A stretch of 64,000 bases of DNA from Spongospora subterranea f. sp. subterranea (taxonomy: Eukaryota): contig JAUGWO010000018.1 of NCBI GenBank assembly GCA_049724395.1, positions 1-64,000 of the forward strand, given 5' to 3'. A program made the translations under genes and the position numbers. The notes beneath the pieces are model-generated. The model was not told the DNA's origin and did no database searches. It saw only the letters and a list, made by a program, of their open reading frames with translations. Positions 25,043 to 41,441 of this stretch are shown one piece after another (positions within the stretch are counted from its first letter, which is position 1; every line of letters starts with the position of its first letter).

Positions 25043-25962
25043 GGCGCTCGAATATCAGACGACGACAAGAATTCCAGCTTCTAAAAAAAATCTGAAGAGG
25101 TTACGCCATCCAGGAGGGAGGGGTGGTTACGCCAACCTAAATCAAGTCGGCACAGCATACATTGGCCAATTGAGGACGTTTTGGACCTTGGTCGAGTGTA
25201 TGAGAAAAAATTAGGGTCTTGTTGAGAAGGGCACTGGCCACAATAGCATCATCATCGAACAGAGGCAGCGGATCGAGATCCTTGCCCCACGTGACCGTGG
25301 GACGTTTACCACTGGGGACTCCGCTCAACCATGGCGCTAAGTGCGAGAGGATGTCTTTTTTGGCTTTTTGTTCAGGGTCAGAAAGGGCATCCCAGAAAAC
25401 TGACCCGCAGCGAACCTCGGGGAATGGAGGACAAGCAAATTAGCCCACAATAACCAAATTTAGGGTTTAATTGAACCGTCGCACCAGGCCTTAAGGTCAT
25501 GTGGGTACCCCTCTCATAGAGACCGACATACCAGTTGTGGTAGTAGGAATCTTTATATAGGAATCACCGCTCGCCGTGGTATGTAGTTATGGGACCTATC
25601 CCTGATCGGCACTCCGTGGCCGGACGGGTTTGAACACCTGAGATTGTGTCTGAGGGCACAGCTTCTTCTGTCAAACAACGCATTTGGCTTGTCTCATTGG
25701 TTCTGAACGACACCAAGCTTAAAACAATCGTTTATTTTTCGTCTCAAAAAACCAATTTGCCGTAAACGCGCTTTTTCGACACCGCAGCTCCATCTGAGTT
25801 GCGGCACGAGCGAGTCACCAATTCTGATTAACATTTCGTTCCGTCTGGTTACCCTGTTCATTCCCTTCGCAGACGGATGTGTGATTGACTCTTGAGGTGC
25901 ACTGTATGCTGTTAAGAAACGCCAAAAGGGCCGCTCTTCATGCCGCCAAGGCTGAAAGCTCG

Positions 25963-26156
25963 AACGAACCCGAGCCGAGCGTGAGGAAGCACTTGATGCA
26001 CCATTAGTCGTGACGCAAAGGATTTTGAGTAACTCACTTAAGGCTAAGACCCCAAAAAACGCGGCAGGACGACGGCCAGCTGCCTCGTCCCAAGCAAAGC
26101 AAACGAACCCGAGGCGAGCGTGAGGCAGCACTTGATGCCCCATTAATCGTGACGCA
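25963..26156. repeat. Two ~55-bp direct repeats (25963-26017, 26102-26156)
   Basis: aacgaacccgag(c/g)cgagcgtgagg(a/c)agcacttgatgc(a/c)ccatta(g/a)tcgtgacgca. Confidence 0.85.
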
Positions 26157-26689
26157 CGTCTGCAGCGTGCTGTGTAGGCTTCGCGGTGCAGCCATGGAAG
26201 TAGGGGAATGGGTGATACCATTGGTTCTGCTGCTCCTTGCGCGAGAGCGGCAGGAGGGTCTATTTTGGGGCCGGGACCGGGGAAATGGGTTTGTTTAGAG
26301 GATTGAGGAGGTGGTTTCCGGTCTAATGCTGGCTTAAAATCTATTTCAGATTTGGTGGTACAATTCGAATCCAGGGGGCTGGACGTAATTTGAGGAGATC
26401 TCAATTCCATCGATGTATCAATAGTTCATCATGTCATTATGTTCTGGCCTCACAGAGCGCACCCTTTTTGCCTCGAGGAGTAGGTTCTTGATGAAAAAAC
26501 CAGTCGGGCGATTTTGTGGCGGAGGTGGGCGACATCTTGTAAACATGATCGTCAATTTTTTTTTGAGAAAAATCCAATGGGTGGTTCAGAATTTGCATTA
26601 GAAAAACCTATTTTTTGACCCGTTAGCCGGCATACTATGCCGGAGCCAGGAGGGGTGACATGACGAGGTTGGGCATCCGAGCGGGATCG

Positions 26690-27320
26690 TGGAGAAAATT
26701 GTGGGCATGCAGTTGGGCAATTGAGAACGCTCTTCTAAATATCAATGTTTGCGACGCCGCTCTTCACGTCGATGCCGTTGTTCGCATTCGCCCTGTTGTT
26801 GTTTTGAATGGTAAAAAAGGCAAGCGTAGTTGTTTTGGCGCCCAAAACATATCAAGTCCTCGCACGCGAAATACGGTAGTCAAACGCAAATCCCCATAGC
26901 CTGGTACTGAGCAACCAGAGACGGGTGAGAAGGTTCTGACTGCAACGTCTGGATGCAAACGGGAAATCGATGGATGAACTGTTTATTTACCGACAAACAC
27001 AATTGCAGGAATAATTTCGAGAATGCTGGCGATGAAAATTCTACGCCAAGATCTCGGAAAGGCTGAAGGGCAAGTCGTAAGAGGCGCTCCCTTGAACAAT
27101 ATGCAAAGAGAAGGGGGCCAAGTGGGTCACCTTGCCGCACGACATTCCGAGATCTTGGCGTACCTTGACGACACCATCATCATCGCCCCCTCTACCGCGG
27201 ACGCTGGCACCGGCAATGGACGTCATCGCGTAAAAGTATCTCGCCTTCGCTGCTGACGGCCTCTCCCTTGAACTGGATAAGACGAAGGTGATCTCCTCCT
27301 CTGACATCCGTGCACATAAA
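26690..27320. mobile_element. Scrambled non-LTR retrotransposon reverse-transcriptase relic
   Basis: VRQGDPLGPLLF on the minus strand (27105-27140). EILAYLDD (27149-27172) and GLSLELDKTK (~27258-27288) on the plus strand. Boundaries approximate. Confidence 0.75.
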
Positions 27321-27394
27321 TGAAATTTTTAGGCACGAAGCCTTCTGATTAGTTTGACATCAAAGATTTATTGTTAAAATATCGCTGCAATTTT

Positions 27395-30300
27395 TTAAAC
27401 GCGAGCACGCTTCGCCACGATTTCAGGTAGATTGAATTCTGACTGCGGCAAATTCCATGGACCATTGAAGACGACAAGCCTGAATTGCAGATGAATTAGA
27501 ATCTACCAAGATTTCATTACAGCACAACTATTTACGTTGTAATGGCAGGAGTAAACTCAAGGTTCGGAAGAAGTTTGGGAGTGAAGCAAAATATTTGCGG
27601 GTTTCCTCTCCCACTCGAACATTTGACAAGCTGGTTGAAGATGTTCTTCTCATTCACAGGGTCCATTCCTTGGTTGATCTCATCGACAACGCGAAAAGGG
27701 CAGTTGGTAACTGTCTGTAAGGCAAGAAGATACAACATTGTAGCGACGGAGCGCTCGCCCCCAGACTGACGACTTTGGTTCAATTGCTGTAGTTCGCCTC
27801 CGCGAAAGCGAACACGAACGCTGATCCCAAACTCGGCTTCATCATCTCCAGTAAGAAGCTGAACTTCTCCCCCACAGTTAAACTCGGCAAAAAACTTGGA
27901 ATATGTTCGAGAAATCCGACTAGTTACTTCTGTTAGCTTCGGTAACCAATGTTGCTTGATTGAGTTGATCTCGGCTAGCTGCTCTTCGTGTTTCTCAGAG
28001 TAGGCTTGTTGTTTTCTCTGGAGCGATTTGATCTCCTGCAGTAGCGCATGATGCCTCGCGATTGCGCTATCATCCCCAACAACAGCGTCGATCTGCGCCT
28101 GGATGGTTATAGACATTCGATCGACATCTTCGATTGTATCCGGCATCCATTCTTCATTAAACAACTCCTCATATTGGGCAAGAGGAGCTTTATTTTCAGC
28201 GACTATCTTCTGGTTTTTTGCTATCTTTGCTGCCGACACTAAGGAAGACTTCAACGTTTGAGCATTCTACAAATGGACAAACAGATAAAGATTCTCAAAC
28301 ATGCGACGTTGTGGGATAGAATAACCTGTTCGGCTGATGCGTGCGCCATTGACTGCTTTTTCAGACTAGTTTTGGTCATTCTTAGAAGCTCGGCTGAATG
28401 TGCAGCAGCTATCGACGCTGCAGAACTAGCCTCCAATCCTGTCACAAAATCACGTATCGCGTACGATACGGAAGCCAAGGTCTTCACGCGTTTTGCATTC
28501 AACTTAGATATAGAGTCGCGAACCCTCTGCTTGTCACCTTCTATGTCAGCCTGTATAACAGTGCAAATAAGAAATCAGTGCCTATGGTCGAAATGGCAAA
28601 TGAATACCGTTTTTGATAGTTTAGTAATATTTCGGAGATGCTCCTCAACAGTTCGAGTCCAGCTTTTGCGCTGCTTTTCTTTACTGAGCAAGTCTCCACA
28701 TATGGAGGTTAACCCCTGCAACGATTCAACCAACAAAACCAGATTGGAACTGACCATTTTACCTTAACTTTACGAGCCAATGGGACGAGCGATTGTTGCA
28801 GTTCCTCCTTCTCCGCGGCAAGACTTGCAATTTTCGAGTCGATGGATGCGACTTTTTCCTATTGTATTAGCAGATTGTTAGCGAAGGTTTAAGAAGTATC
28901 GAATTTTGGATAGTTACAGTCAATCCAGAGAGAAGGGAATTATCGACATTTTCCGATAGCAAATAAGCTGGACGAATTTTTTCAATTCCGAATACTTGTT
29001 TTCTAGCACCATAGCGGGAAAACGATTGATTGGCATACTGGTTACCGAAAAACAGCCTAGATGGCCGGCTTCTGTCCTATAAAACGACGACATTTACTGG
29101 CTATAGATGATCATGACTGAAATTTACTGTATGGTCAACTCTCATGACAGATTGAGGAACAACATTGGACTGACTTGTCCATGCAACATCGGCAAGGCCA
29201 AAGAGCGCCCTCAAATACTGAAGAACAGGCTCTGGGCCTACAAGACAGTTTTAAACTCAGCAAATAAAAGCTGCGAAAAAAGGTTCTTACCGGAAACGGC
29301 ATCATCAAGCCAAGAGAAGCCATTAGAAAGAGAACACTTATGAGAGAACTGAATGGTAGACGTAGTGCTGATGTTCACGCGTACGTTTAGCGTAGACCTG
29401 GCGTTAGAGAGGATCGTCCAATCCTCATCATTTTCGACAACAAATCCGAACATAGACCTCCATGGGATGGCGTGTTCCAGGAACCCCTCAGCTCCGCGAA
29501 TTGAACATTGAATTTCCAGTCCGATGGGACCATAAACTTTCCCTGAGCATTTAGATCGGCCTTCAGAGTCCAGCCAGTTCAAGAATCGTTTGCAATTTTG
29601 TCCTTCATGAGAAACACCATGACCCATCTTATTCTTGAATAAAGTGATGCTCCTGCGTTCACGTTCGGATTGTAAAGATTTCAGTTGCGATAAATGAGCG
29701 TTCTTCTCTCTTTGCAGATCCTGAATGCGATCAGCAAGGTCATGGATATTTCCGTTGACGGATGTGATAGTGTTATTCAGGGCATCTTTGTCTTCATGGG
29801 CTGTCCGCAGTTGCGCTTGTATATCCTGGATAACATCAAAACTCACGCTTCAAAAAAACCAGAAAATGGCAATAAGCATACTGCTGGATCTGGCAAAGCT
29901 TCGAGTTTTTCTCGAAGCAACGCCACCTTCTCCTCCGTTGCTGCAACCTAAACGATTTTAAAATCACAGCAAAACACAGATCAAATTTTGGAAATCGCAC
30001 TTCATGCTGCACATCTGTTGCCCTTTTGTCTACAGCAGATAACTCTTCCTCTAAAGAAATCCGCTTTAATGATAAAAATTGATCAAGAGTGAAAACAGGT
30101 TTACCCAATCCTTGAAAAGTAACCTCGAAAGCGTCACACTGATCCTTGAGCTGTGCATACTTTTGATCGAATTTCTTAGCCTCACCTCTTAGACGACCAG
30201 ATTCGGATGTCAATGCTTTAGTCTGGCTTGATAACCCCTGCACGAAAACCCTGCACATACCTCGTTAGTGGGTTTGAAAACGCCTTCAAAATCTAAAATA

Positions 30301-31473
30301 CCGAATGGGTTCTTGTGTCGTTTTCAGTTCATCCAGAACAATCTTCGCAGCAACGTATTCTTTGTTGATCTGTTTCGCTTTTTCTTTCAGCTCTTTAAAC
30401 TTGATCCAAGGCACTTTCTTCTTTAACAGTCCTATTTTATTTTGGAGCGCTTGTCTGTCTCGAAGACGGTCAACATCATTCGCCAACACCTAGAACATAT
30501 TAAAAAACGGAATGAACAAGGCGAAGCTTTATACATCGGCTTGCTTCAGTTTACGTTCAAGCTCCGCTGAGGAGGATTCCATGTCTTGGCGAGCCTCTTT
30601 TTCGTTTTTCCTTAACTCGATGAGACGTAAATGCTGATCGTAAAGTTCCCCTTTCCCAGCGGCTTTTTCAGTATCCTTTAAAAGGCCTTTCGGCTCTAAG
30701 CGAGCAAACTCTCCAACCTGGATCAGAAGGGTATCAGTTAGAATACGCATACAGAAGAGCAGGTACATGGAGACAGATACCTTTTCTTGAGCAAGAAACT
30801 GGCAAAGATTATCGACTTGAACATTCAAAGCGGTCGTCAGCTCAATAACGTGTTTGCGTGTATTTTTCCTCCCATTCACTATCCAGGTTGACTCGTTGTC
30901 TTTGGTAAACGTTCTTCGAATTACTGTTCGATTATTCGGTGCACTCGCATCATGAAGAGTGATTTCACAATATGCTAAACAACTGTTAATTTTCGAGAAA
31001 AAAAATACAGAACCTGGTGACCTGCTTCAAACCCTCTTTTGACAAAATCTCCAATTTTGTCGGCGCGGCCTAGGGACTAAAAGACACATAGATAAGATAA
31101 AAAACGAAAATCAATTATGATATCTTACAGATGGGTTGCCACCTAATCCAAGACACAGAGCGCATACAATGGATGATTTTCCTGACAGAAGCAATTAAGC
31201 AAAGCCGACAAACAAGAAGATAGAAATGCATACCGGAGCCGTTAGGACCTATAACTAGGTTTAATCCTGGCCCAGGAATGAACTCGACATCGGAATAAGT
31301 CACTACGACGAGAGAAACCAATCGGTCAGCAAATAGGACCAGACAGTAAACCGCCGCAAATAGCAAAAAAAATCACCAAAATTATGGAGCACGACTTTAC
31401 GAATAGCCCCGTTCAGAAACTCATCTTCAAGGTCGTCCGAGTCAGGTGCCCGCTTCCTCGACGATGCCGACAT
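27395..31473 (-). CDS. SMC5: Structural maintenance of chromosomes protein 5, multi-exon
   Basis: GAIRKVVLHNF, LNLVIGPNGSG|KSSIVCALCLGLGG, NVQVDNLCQFLAQEKV, coiled coil, QSGGERSVATMLYLLALQ, PFRVVDEINQGMDPVNE, TPKLLPNL. Confidence 0.95.
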
Positions 31474-32908
31474 CAACGCTAAAGGAATACCGGTGGGCGG
31501 GCGCCCCCCAGGTTCAAAGACTACACACCTCTTGCGGCAGTGCACTGCGCCGACAGCGTTTGAATGAACTGCGGGTTTTGGGGGAAATACACACCCACTC
31601 TCGCGCTCTAATCACTGAACTGGATGGGCGAAGAGGTCGGCAGTGGCACCTGCCATGCGCAATCACCGATTCTGTGTAAAATGACAATGGTTTGTTCACT
31701 CAGAGTTCCCTTGCCATATGATTTTGTCGTTAGAGGCAGAATCATATCGATTGAAGCGATGTTGAACGATAATTAAACGACGATCAATCAAATATACTCC
31801 CTGTTTTTATTGAAAATGATATTTTGTCGGTGAAAAAAGGAAGAATATTGCAAGAAAATGAATTCAGAGAACAGTTTCGTTATCAAACATCCATTGATCC
31901 TCGCTTATTTCTGTAAGTTTTTTTCCCTGAGATTTTCAAGAATAGAGTCGAGCAACTCTATGTGAATGCAATTAGTGCACAAATCTTTTTATCACCCATA
32001 GAATGCCTACCTGCTGTGAAGTCTTCGACCTGTGCATCTGAACGCGATATTCGCCTGAGATGTTGAGAGGCTTGACTGATTACATCTTCTTTACTTGAGG
32101 AAGGTGATATAAATGTCGAAGCCGAGCTTGTGTGATCAACTAAAGGGCGGTTATCATGTCAACAAAAACAATAAAACGACGCGATTCAAGAACAATACAG
32201 TTCGATCCGGGCAGTGAAACCAACTCCTCCAAAGTTTCAAGAGAAGCGGCTATGGAGGAAGGTGGCATTTGCCACAGCCTATGCCGAATGGGCAATAGAA
32301 GATGGAAGGAAAAAAGAGGCGAGGCGGGTTCAGGCGCAGGCGATGATGAGAGACAGGCTTGTTCAAACGGTGCTATCCACAGAGATACAGTATACACATG
32401 ATCCGTGATTGAGTACCAGAGCACCGAAACCTCCCCCCTAGGCCATAACACCTGTTGCTACACATTCATGGTTCACCAATTATAAGATTAGAGACATGAA
32501 ACATTTTTACTGATTATTTGAAATTTTACAAGGTACTAAGTGAGGAATACATTCGCATTTTGCTCACAAACCCATATACGTTGTAAACCCCAGTATATAG
32601 CTGCTATCAATACCCTCACAAAACTGGCCCATGCTCTAACAGCATTATTAACGCCAGACGCGAGTGCCTCTCCTAAGATCGTGGTCAATGAGCCATCCAC
32701 AACCCCGGTACCGTCTAGTTATGCCCATCCTATACCATCCTACTCTACCAACACCCACACAATGTTGACTGAACACCTCGCTCTCTGCTGTAGTCCGTAG
32801 TGGAAAGAGGATCCGCCCCTACTCTATCTCGCTCAGATCAACGACGCTGCTGCTCCGGATCATTCACCACCACCATCCATATCGGCTTCGGCGACCTCGT
32901 AATCGATC

Positions 32909-33670
32909 ATGTCGACTCCTGCCCGGCGGCGGCTGATGAGGGATTTTCGGCGCTTGCAAAACGACCCCCCACAAGGGGTTACTGGGGCACCAAATCAGGA
33001 TAATATCATGTTATGGAATGCTGTAATATTTGGGTATGTTTTCAACATTGGTTATAGCTTTTGTTCCATGGTAATTACTGTTATAGTGCAATGCATTGAC
33101 TGGGTTTTCCGTCTAGGCCAGACGGTATGTTGCGCTTGCTTGCCTTTTGGGAAGAAGCATCGTATAACAAGGGTGTTTGCTTTTCGTTCAGATACTCCCT
33201 GGGAAGGAGGAACGTTCAAGCTAACTCTATCGTTTACCGAAGAATATCCTAACAAGTCCCCGAAGGTTAAATTTTTAACCAAGATGTTTCACCCTAACAG
33301 TTAGTCATCCCATTATTGTTGGCAATGCGGTAGGCTGAAATGTTTTCTAGTCTATGCCAACGGTGCAATCTGCCTAGAGTAAGTGGCAGCGTGGTTTGGC
33401 AATTCTTTGAGAATTTCTTTGTTTTTTTGCGTGTTTGCTATTGAAAATTCGTACGCTCATTGGATATATTTGCTTGTAGCATTCTCCAGAATCAATGGAG
33501 CCCTATATATGACATTGCTGCAATTCTGACATCGATTCAATCATTACTCACTGATCCGAATCCCAATTCCACCCGCGAACCTTGAAGCTGCTCGCCTCTA
33601 TCAAGAGAACCGCAGGGAATATGACCGTCGAGTCAGTGAAGTCGTTGAAGCAAGTTGGGACGCCGAATAA
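32909..33670 (+). CDS. RAD6: Ubiquitin-conjugating enzyme E2 (RAD6/UBC2), five exons including an 8-nt microexon
   Basis: [13 protein letters not shown]...[20 protein letters not shown]...[25 protein letters not shown]. One extra base at ~33570. Confidence 0.95.
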
Positions 33671-33718
33671 TAATTATTGCAATTTAATAAATACTCTTCC
33701 GCCTTATCTGTAAATCAT

Positions 33719-36201
33719 ATGGCCAGCTAAGTGTTTCCAAATCCGAATCCAAGTCCACGCGATGGTGCGGATCGTTTGGCGGACCCATCACCAAGTTAGG
33801 TCAGGTTTTATTGCTGGCGGCCGGTCAGGGTGCGGTTTACCGGCCAAATGGAGCAATTGCTGTATGGGCAATTGACGGCCAGCAATACGGTCAGAGACCA
33901 GAAGACACCCTATACTGTATGGTGATCGTCGTGCGAAGTGAAATGTCTTGATCGTGTTTGAAACTTGGTTCAGATATACGAGATAGAAGTTCGGTCAAGT
34001 TCAACGGTGAAATGGGTTATTTACAGGCGTTATTCTGATTTTTTTGCTCTTCACACTGAAGTATGAGCTTTCGACATCGTCTAATCCTGATTGATCACTG
34101 TCTACCAGCTTCTCAAGATCGCCGCCAGCAGTAATGATGAGCTTTTTCGTCTTCCATATCTGCCTCCGAAAAGGTAATCTTCTCTTTCAGTAATGCAGAC
34201 CTTCCTTGACTCACATTTGGTAGATTAACACGGTCGTTGGCAGTAGATTTTGTCGAAAAAAGGAAACTCGAACTTCAAGGTACAAACACATTTCCCTATG
34301 AACGTTCCAGCGGCACACTTTGACCGAAACAGACAGCTTATTTATCCGAGCTCCTGAGATCTCGGCAATTGATTTGCTTGCCCGCTGTGATGCAGTTTCT
34401 AACGATCCCTGACAGCGTTCGTCCGATGATTATCCGGCAATCGGGACCATATTTGTCGTTCGTAATCGCCGTTGCCTGTTGGTGCTGCTCTTATTAACTC
34501 AGCTTTCAGAAGCGACGAGGCTGCTAGCGCGCCTGTTGAAGCTCCTGCTACATCAAGTGCCAAGCGTGGAGGAATGACGACCACTTTCGAGGAACGCAAA
34601 GTCAAAGACTTTATTATGCAGCTCAATACGGCACCTAATAAGTATCGCCGCAATATTATGACCAATTAGCATCTCTGAGCTTCTTTTTTAGAGTTTGCAT
34701 CATACGGGAATTCCAACATTATTTTTTTGTTCAACGCCCTCGTAAAATCTTGTTCATGTTTGATGTCGACAACGTATTTATATGTCTGTAGGTCTATCAT
34801 CCGAGCTTATCAATACACTTTTGGAGGGAACAAGCATCAAAGACGGAGGGTTAGTGTCTTTGTCTAGTGATTTCGTCCTTGTTGATATTAGTGCCATTTT
34901 AGGTTAATATGGGTATGTGGCGATCTTTCCTATTCGCTGGTTGCTAGCAAAGCCGCGCTCGGCTTTATTTGCAAACTATTGGACGTTGAGAAAAATAAAG
35001 GTATTTGGAATTATCTCAACTAATTTACTAATCAACAATTTGAGTTTTCGATCAGACGCACAGCAGTTCCTTGAAGTTGTCTCCACGTTTGATATGAGCG
35101 TTATCGGAAAGCTGAATCTTCACCGCCATATTTTGCACGATCGAGCAGGTCCAGCATTTCAACTTGCGTATATCTTATCGCAGACGATTCCTCATTGGTC
35201 CCTTGAAAAGTGTTTGGTGGACGTGACGGCTCGGCAAGAGGTGTGGTGCTCTGTAATCGTAATGAATGTTGCTTCACTGACAGGAGGTGCATAGTTCCAG
35301 CGCTGGGTTCAAAGGAAACAAATCATCGCTGAAAGGCATGGGTTTTTCGCAGATCATCAACGTGAACATAATGACGATCTTCCCGTCTTCACAACGCAAT
35401 ATTGCAACAGCGTAAATATATTGTTTGTGTTGTCTTTGGTTTCAATTATGGACGTCATTTCGAAGCTATGCAATGCTGCGCTTGGGCGTATTCAACAGTC
35501 AGCATCCTCTGATCAAGGGTGGAGGAACGTTCATGGTCCCATTAGGAGCAGCGCTGCAACTATTCAAGTTGGGTGCACTTTGTTTTCTCAAGCATGATCT
35601 GATTGGGGTGTCAGATTGTTCATAAGCAGCTGTCAGATGGGATTTACATGGTGCGTTTAGCGTCTGCCCTGGCAGCTGAGCCCGCCGCTGTGTTTAAGAT
35701 GCTCCGCAATGAAGAAAGAAGGAAAGAATGGGACCTGCTTATTCACAAAAGTACTGTCGTACAAAAGATTGATGACTTGACAGATGTATGGAGCAGTGAC
35801 ACCTTAGACATTATTTAATTTCATGCTCTCAGATTGTCAATGAATCTTATATAGGAGATGTATCCGATCGTAAACTTTTGAATTTCGTGATGGTGAGATC
35901 GTGCCGTACTGAACCAGATGGGTCATATGCTATTATCAAGTGTTCTGTTCCGCCTGCCAACAAAACATCTACCAAAGCGGCATTAACATCGGGATACCTA
36001 ATCACACCGGTTGTGCATGGTGATGACTATAGATCAACTCTTCTGCTTTGGGTTGCTCAGTTTGATCGTGATAGTGTATATCCTACCTTGAAATTTTTAT
36101 GTCGGCTAAGCTCGTGGTTTTAGGTGCGATTAGTGATTTCAGACCTGCTGGGGGACTCCGATAAGTTATTGAAAAGTTTTCAACGTTTAGGCCAGTATTA
36201 G
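33719..36201 (+). CDS. PX-domain + C-terminal START-domain protein, multi-exon; ends approximate
   Basis: YEIEV...WVIYRRYSDFFALH, LPYLPPK, VEKRKLELQ (PX). ERRKEWDLL, NFVMVRS, YAIIKCSV, SGYLITP (START). Confidence 0.75.
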
Positions 36202-36588
36202 AATCAAGTCATTGTCAACAACGGAATCATCAATTTACCCAACATCACAACGCCTTAATAATATTCAAATAAACTCAGTTCACTCTTCGGAGATTCTATC
36301 ATGGTTTCGTCGATTGTGGCGAGGTGCGTGAAGCTGCACGCGTTCCCGTCGTCGTTGATCAGTCGGTAAGCAACAGCATAGCAGTCATTCCAGCAATGCT
36401 AGGCGAGTGAGGCCCGGTGCCTTGCCATGGCGCTACGCCCACCCTTAATGGCCCCCTCCTAGTCTCTCGCTGCACGTCCTAATGACGTAGTTTCCGTTAC
36501 CAACACGACTCCGATTTTGATACAGTCACCACTGCTGGATCGCAATTGATTATAAATCAGTGTTGTTAGGTCATTCCGATCGACTGTC

Positions 36589-39002
<2,414 letters not shown>

Positions 39003-39049
39003 GGCCATTACGACACAAACGAAACTAAGTTATTTTTCTAAATATGAGT

Positions 39050-39489
39050 TTATTTCAATGTAACAACTTCTTTGCACACCTTATCGTAAGCCTCCTGATG
39101 TCCAGTGCCTGACTTGACAAGCACACAACTTGTTGGTCTTTTAGTGCTGCCAGCAGCTCCTAGCTCTTCTTTAGAAGGCACAAACACGTATGAAATAGAG
39201 TTATCTTCACACATAACCGGAATGTGGGAAATAACATCTAAAGGGGAAATATTTCCAGCAAGAATGCATATCCTGAAACAAACATTTGACGTACATTCAG
39301 ACATGAAAATGAACAGTCTCACCCTTTTTCTCCTTTACGAATGGCTTTCACGACTTCTTTGACTCCTCTGCGGATCGACTTCGTCTTCGTCGCTTTCTTG
39401 ATCAACTTTAGGCAGCTTTTGGTTAGTTTCGTATTGGCTGCTGGATGAGCAATAGGTGACATGTACGGCGAAACTGCAACATCGGCCAT
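39050..39489 (-). CDS. NHP2: H/ACA snoRNP L7Ae-family subunit NHP2, one intron
   Basis: SPIAHP...KLTK...IRRGVKEVVKAIRKGEKG|ICILAGNISPLDVISHIPVMCED...AGSTKRPTS. Confidence 0.92.
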
Positions 39490-39905
39490 TGTATACGGTG
39501 AGCGTTTGTTGAAACGGGTGACGATCAACTTCGATTCAGGAAAATAAGGATTCCCGTCACGGACTCCGCACGCAAATCTCACACACTAAGACGAAACTTT
39601 GTCAGAAAATTGGCGCACGTTTGACTTTGAGAGAAAAAAAGTTGATAAACCGGGGCCGTTTTCTGTCTGCACGCTCATTGCACGTTTTCCGGATTGGTAC
39701 GGCAGGATGGTCATGGTATTTTGTATGGAGCAGTCATCCTTTTATTAATAACTTTCCGGACGACTCAGTTATCTCGCCTGACAGGAGTTACTTAAGTGGC
39801 TCCCCCCAATCGGGAACGATGGGGTCACCGTGAAGAATTGGCCAGTGTAGCGTGGCCACTTGTATCACTTCATCTTCAACGTGTATTCCTTATCATCATC
39901 ACATC

Positions 39906-41183
39906 ATGGTCATCTTAACAAGGACCATGACTCGTTATGTGCAATCGGCGCGCCTTCTATCCACAGCCGCCAGGGTTGGATTCATCGGGCTGGGCCATAT
40001 GGGCGGTGAGCGTTTCGCCGCTTTATTGCTGCAATCGTTATCTAATCCAATCTGTGGCCTTTTTAGGTTCGATGGCGCGGAATTTACTCATGGCGAAACA
40101 TTCCGTATCGGTGTTCGACGTCAGTAGTTCGGCGATGACCGACGCCAGTAAATCAGGGGCAAAACTGGCCAAAAAGTGTGAAAGACTTGGCCAAGGATTC
40201 AGATGTTATATTTATGATGCTGCGTACTCCAATGCAGGTAGGTGCAACTCGCAAGTTCCACACAAGGTCTTTTGGTGACAATTCCGCAGGTCATCGAGGT
40301 GTCTAATGAGGTACTCGAAGTTGCGAAGCCCAAGACCATTCTTATTGACTGTTCAACTGTTGATCCAACCACGTCGCAAACCGTATGTGCAAATGCTGAA
40401 CCAAAAGGTGTTGAGGTCTTGGACGCTCCTGTGAGTGGTGGTGTTCCTGGTGCAGTCAAAGGTCTGTCATCTTTTCACTTTCCACGAGTTTCTATCGTCT
40501 CATAATGGTCCAGGCACGTTGACATTTATGGTTGGTGGAGAAGTACAAACACTTGACAAGGTCAGATTCTTGTTTCAGTCGATGGGCAAAAACATCCAAC
40601 ACTGCGGGTATGTAAACGCTATTTTATGACCAGTAAATCATGTTGTACCCAATATTATATTGGTAGTGGACCAGGTACTGGACAGGTTGCCAAACTGACT
40701 AATAATCTCATATTGGCAATTTGCATGATTGGTGTGTCAGAAGGTCTGTTATCAGCGATGCTCCTGTGTATTTTGCTGATCGACGAGATCAGGTATGAAC
40801 CTGGGTATCAAACTGGGCATTGACGGCAAAGTTCTATCCGATATCATCAATACTAGTACTGGGAGATGCTGGTCGTCTGAGTGTTATAATCCCGTTCCTG
40901 GAATAATGGACAATGTGCCCTCCTCTATGGCGTACAAAGGAGGGTTTGGATGCGAACTGATGCTGAAAGATCTTTTTCTAGGTTTAAAGGTGAGTGTGTT
41001 ATAGTAAGGATCCTTCTTTTAAACCTGAATGAATGGCCTTGATGCTAGTCGGCTGATAAAGTAGGAGCTTTAACGCCACTAGGGAATGTCGCCCGTGAAC
41101 TATATTCGACTTTGTGCGAGAACGGCTTCAAGGATAAGGATTTCTCTATTGTTTATGATCATATTCAGAAGGCAGGAAAATGA
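39906..41183 (+). CDS. HIBADH: 3-hydroxyisobutyrate dehydrogenase, mitochondrial
   Basis: VGFIGLGHMG, IDCSTVDP, DAPVSGGV, LTFMVGG, GTGQVAKLTNN, STGRCWSSECYNPVPG, LMLKDL. Apparent extra A at ~40171-40175. Confidence 0.93.
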
Positions 41184-41441
41184 AGAGACCTCTCTGATCC
41201 GATTGTTCCTGAAATTGAGTCTCTGTCAATGCTATCCAGGTATCAAGGCATTCCAAGTAGATTTGTTGCCTTCACTGAACGTTTGTAAGGGACAAAGATT
41301 TTCCCGTGTCAGTTCTACATTTTGTAAAGCAATCCTGACAAATTCAATATAAAATGACGTTTTAACAGAGAAACTTAGTGTTTGAAGAATCCATTCTTGT
41401 AAACAGGTTTAGTTTCAGTCATCCGGAAGAGTGGATAAAGG

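Noticed and set aside
31700..32800. Short ORFs between SMC5 and RAD6
   Set aside because: No recognisable motif or consistent exon chain.
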